This document shows positions 59,360 to 64,000 of a stretch of DNA of 64,000 nucleotides, piece after piece. Under the pieces are notes generated by a model. That model saw nothing but the letters and a program-made list of their open reading frames with translations, was not told the DNA's origin and ran no database searches. This DNA is from the human T2T-CHM13v2.0 reference genome, Homo sapiens, in NCBI RefSeq assembly GCF_009914755.1, contig NC_060940.1; one strand, given 5' to 3'. The first letter of the stretch is position 1, and each line of letters opens with the position of its first letter. Position numbers and translations under genes: made by a program.

Positions 59360-62300
59360 TTTAAAATTCTGCATCTGAAAACACAGTATGACAGAAAGCA
59401 TCTATATACACCTGCAGTGTTTTTGGTATGATACAGTATTTAATACATCCACTGTTTTCTGCAAAAAATGTTGCTTTGTCAGACAGAAACAAACTCCCCT
59501 AGACAAAAAAATACAGCTAAGGCACAATTTTGTTGTTGTTGTTGTTCTGCAAAATAAAAAGACAGAAAAGGTGCAAAAAAGGGCACGTAATGCAGTCATT
59601 TCTGAGACTCACATTCTACCTCAAGGAAAAGCATTCAGATGATTGGAACTTTGATTACTGGTCAATTTCAGATAGTTCAATATCTCTTAAAATACTCCTT
59701 TAAATAAATAGCAAAATATCTACATATTTCAGCGTGTGCCATTTGAATTCTTTTTTTAAAACTTTATTTACAGATTCTTTTTTTAAAATCAACACATTAC
59801 AAAATATTTCTGTACAGTTTTATGCATATTATGATCTATAACAAAATAGTTATTTTTAAAAACTATATCACCACATGTCTTTGAAAACAATGAAGGGGAC
59901 GGTAATAACTTAGAGTGAGGCCTCTAAAACAAATACCCAAACAAATGCTATTGACAACATAATATTTAAAAAAAAAAAAGGCAAAAGGACTACAAAGACA
60001 ATTGCGCACAATTCCAGTGAATTTCCTATGAAAACCCTGGGGTTGTCTTTGGCCTCCATCAGCACTGGAGCAATGGAAGGGTAAAGAATAGAGTCTGAAG
60101 GTAGGGAAAGGGTGATTCCTTTGAGAACACTACCCATCTGCTGGGAATATTTAGTGCTATCACTTTCCAGGCAGGAAGGACGAAGAGATAAATGGAGAAC
60201 GTCTCCTGATTTACCCTTGAATGAAGTACATATAAAGTCACCCAGTCTTGGGGGCAGGGGAGGTCTGCAAAGCCTTTTCAAGCACTCTGCCGATAATTAA
60301 GCCAGCCCATTACAGCAGCAGTATGCTCTGAGAGAGTGCTTCAGGAGTTGGCTGAGCTTTAGATGAGCACCCAAGCCTTCATTTTGCCCATAGGAAAAAT
60401 ATAAGAACATTTTTCTTAAAGACGACATTTGTAAGCAATTCCTATAGCATCTGCCAACTACAGATTGGCAGCCCCTTCCTTAGGAGGCTGCCACAGAAGC
60501 TTCACGATGCTGTCTTCTCTGATGTTGGTGGAGATGGGAGGGAAAGGATGGATGGTCAGCTTCCCAAAAATAATGTTAAGGCCACATTTCAAAAAGGAGA
60601 AACCTAAGGCTTTTGTTTTGTTTTGTTTTGTTTTTGAAGGAGGGATGGGAGAAGCAAGTTGGAGGAACATGAGGGATGGAGTAGATGACGTTAGGGAGGG
60701 GGATGACAAGGTGCAGAACCCGCTTTCTGGTGGTATCTGTAGGCAGAGGCAGTTGGAATATTCCCAGCCAAGTGGAGAGGGAAGAGAGGTCACTTTCTCC
60801 CTGCATACGCCTGGTAAGACCAGAGCCAAAGACAACGTGAGGGGTAGACACAGGTGGCGCAAGAAAGCCCTCCTCCATCTTAAGAGGGTCCTATACAGTA
60901 TCTTGTTTGCAAGGTAAACACAAAACAAAACAAAACAAAACAAAAAAACTTCTAAGAGAGCCAGAGAGGAAGAGAGAGAGGAGAGAGAGAATTTGCATAG
61001 ATCATACATTCAGCTCAAGCAGATTTGGACAACTTTGTTCCCCCCTCCCAGGTAAACTTCTCAGCAGACACAATGAGGTAGCGCCTGTGGTAGACCCATG
61101 GGCAAAGTAAGGTAACTGAGGCAGAAGCAAACAGGACATCCCGTGAGCCAGCACAGCTCTATGTGGTTTCCAAAGAGGCTTCCAGGGATGGGACAAGATG
61201 GCTGTGTCAACACTTGGGATTTGGAGAGAGCCTGGCTGTTTCACACCCTACCTCCTCCTCCTCCTAGACTGTCTTTGCCATTTCGGCCTGGTTTGATGGA
61301 GTCCCACAAGCTGTAGCCCCAGGCAGATGTGGACCTCTGCATATCTAAGGGGCAGCAGTCCAGATCTCCAGATTCTATTCCTTCTTCCCTTCAGCACAAT
61401 CTTGGGACCAGGAGAGCTGAATGATCCATCCCCCCTCTGTGGAATGGTCTCTTGAGGAGTGGAATGACTTAGCAAGAGGTCCCCATTCCGAGTTCAACAT
61501 GGGCTGTTATTTTTGCCCTGACCTGATGCTGGCTTTTTTCCTCTTCTACCAGGGCAATGCATAATCTCACTTTAAACCACCTCTCCAGAGAGCAGAGGTT
61601 GCTGGCAGTGTACACGTGGAACAGTGGAATTTTTCTTTGCCCACTATCTGTTAAAAAAAACAAAAACAAACAAACAAAAAACCCGACGTTGAAAAATCAG
61701 ATTTTTTCCATTAAATCTGGATTTCCGGCTTCCCTTCCAAATTGGAAGATTCCACTACACTGTGCTTACATTTTTACAAACAATGACAGGTTGGGGCTGA
61801 GTAGCAGCTGCTCATTCTGGGTAGGTCACGTGCATGCCAGTAAGACCACAGTCCCCATCCTTGCCCCCACCATGCCCTTTTGCCTCACACCAACCATTTC
61901 ACGCATCTATGCTAGTATTCTGGGCCCCATAAACATTTGTAACCCCTACCACAGTGTGTGGCTTTGATCCTGCAGGTCTAGCTTGCTGTCTTTAAAGTGG
62001 AGTGTGTTAACAGCTGTTTCTAGAATGTACACCTCTCCACCCCTAGATGTACCCCTCCACCTGAATGTACACCTCTCCACCCCTCGATACTGCTGGGAAG
62101 CTGGTGCTCCAAATCCTCAGTGAACTTGGTTGTGAAAGGACTCTTTATTCACACCCCACTGCCAGTAGCTACTGCCCTGCTCTCTGCATCTTTTTGGCAG
62201 AAAGCTTAAGGTTCTAGCCAGTGTCTTCTGTGTTATCTGCAAACTAGAGAACCAGAGGGAAACATGGTCTTCAGACACCCTACTTGTGCCCAGAGTAGAA

Positions 62301-63636
62301 GCAATTGCAGTGAGTGAGAGATGGGGGCAGGTCCTGTGGTTCTGCTCATCCTCTCTAAACTCCATTTGCGTTTTAGAAGTTAAACCCACAATGAGAAATG
62401 AAGCCGGAAGGACTCATGATCTCACCAGGAAAGCCTTTTTTTTCCCCTGCAAAGGGAGAAAGCAGCGCGCTTCTCACAACACGGGGACCTTGGGAATTGC
62501 TCACTGCCTCCTTGGAGACACACTGCTTTACGTGTGGACCGGGAAGTGAAGTGGGATGTGGGAAGGCTGGCTGTCTCCTGAGCTCAATTTCTGCCTGAAT
62601 GTCACTCGGTGGGTGGGAAACTATAAGGAGTGCCGCAGCCTAAAGAATGCTTCCTTCTCCACAAACCAATACCCCAAGGCCCACCTGTCAGCCTTCCTGA
62701 GTTTCCAGGGACCTCGTCACTGGCTCAGCTCACAGCTGCAGGCTGTAATAGGTTTCCAGAGACCACAGCCCTATGCTTTTGAAATCTTCCACAGCCCAAG
62801 CTCCAGGCTGTCTGACCAACGGCCTCCAACAAATAAATAAATCATTCTCAGGCAGGTTAAAAAAATTATTTTCCCTGGGAAAACATCCTCTTTTCTCAAA
62901 TCATGCTGGGCTTTGTTTGGGATTTTCCTTAAAAAAAAAAACAAAACACAAAAACACAACAAATGTAATATCTGCAACCTTATTCTCTGGTCTATTAATT
63001 AATAACATCAGAGAAGGGAGAGGAATACCCTGTGTGACTTCTCAGCTCCCCGAATTAGTTGTGGTGAGGAAGAAATGAAGCCATGGGAAAAAGGGAAGGG
63101 TCCCCAGAGTCAGCCAGCTCTGCCATTTCTCCACTTGTTCCAGGATAAAAACAAAAAAAGGCAGACATGTTAGTGGGTGCAGGAGGGGCCCCATCTTGAA
63201 GTCTGCAGGTTCACATTATGCACAGGGACTTGCCACTGCTGAGTCCCCAAAGCCACTGCAAATAACGCTGCGAACACAAAGCACTGGTGGCCCAGCAAGG
63301 AGGGTGAAAGGGAAGCTCCCAAAGTGGCTTCGGCAGCCCCAGGGAAACCCTGGCCAGAGGCAGAGGCCGGGGGCAGAAAGAGGATGTGGCACCCAGCGCG
63401 TGGCCACCATAGAGTCTGTAAAAGAGATCATAGGGGCTTTCTGAGAAAAGTACCCTGAGATCCCTGGAATCGCTGTTGAGAATGGCTATCTCCCGGACTC
63501 TGCTGCCTGGATCTGACGACCCTCCTCCTAAGATGGATCTCTCTCAAAGGAGCCTGTTTCCCTCTGTTAAGGTCGCATGAATGCCCATAATTAGATGGGC
63601 CATGGGAAGGCAACCACGGAGCAAGCAGGAATGGCC

Positions 63637-63694
63637 CAAACTCTCTGCAGCTAGCACATTCCCCACAAACTCTCTGCAGCTAGCACATTCCCCA
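63637..63694. repeat. Perfect 29-bp tandem duplication
   Basis: caaactctctgcagctagcacattcccca x2. Confidence 0.95.
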
Positions 63695-64000
63695 CTCACC
63701 CTCCACGTTTTCTGCCTGTCACCTCCTTGTGCCTGTGACGGGGGGTGAGTAGGGGGAGGATGGGAGGCTCAGGAATTCCAATACTCTTGGAATCCGAGGG
63801 AGAGTGAGGCTGACACTCTGCATAAGGAAAAAAACAAGGCTCCAACGGTCCCCAAGGCACCCCACTCAAAGCCAGTGGAAGATGCGGGTTGGAGCTTTCT
63901 TTGCGTGGTGTTCGATGCCCCTGCTTTACTCTGAGGATGAGGAGGATGGGGGGTAGACGCAGAGAAAGAGAAACCGAGAGAGAGAGAGACACCAGGGGGT

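Larger units (their letters stand above)
59330..64000 (-). other. XYLT1: Long terminal-exon 3' UTR of a minus-strand gene (tentatively XYLT1); CDS lies beyond the window
   Basis: 4.7 kb with no recognisable interspersed repeats; ATTAAA (- strand) 59354-59359 followed by U/GU-rich sequence; PUM, ARE and miRNA seed sites. Gene name is from recall of the UTR and locus only and is not verifiable here. Confidence 0.5.

Noticed and set aside
59910-63992. ORFs of 100-183 aa in the terminal region
   Set aside because: No recognisable protein, present on both strands, include simple repeats; region behaves as UTR

Overview
Primate (very likely human) genomic DNA, mostly intergenic and repeat-rich, with no intact multi-exon protein-coding gene. 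1-13.7 kb is a three-level nest of minus-strand L1s: a near full-length L1MA, containing an L1PA15/16-like element, containing a 5'-truncated L1PA3/4. The two inner L1s have visible target-site duplications (TSDs). The middle holds Alu, MIR, L2, MaLR/ERV1 LTRs and hAT MITEs, a 1.3-kb (CCCCT)n tract next to an RFX/CCAAT element, an old inverted duplication and a composite MER41 LTR. The main find is at 50059-53472: one TSD-bounded ~3.4-kb retro-insertion. It starts with a non-canonical LYRM2 first exon and a little-diverged LYRM2 CDS, runs through ancient L1M/Alu sequence, and ends in a far more decayed TCERG1 retrocopy whose polyA signal sits next to the tail. This reads as a retrocopy carried inside a retrocopy, and the TCERG1 part preserves an extra ~87-nt exon-like segment. 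From ~59.33 kb to the end is a repeat-poor, long 3' UTR of a minus-strand gene (tentatively XYLT1, from recall only). Repeat subfamily names come from recalled consensus sequences, and most repeat boundaries are approximate.
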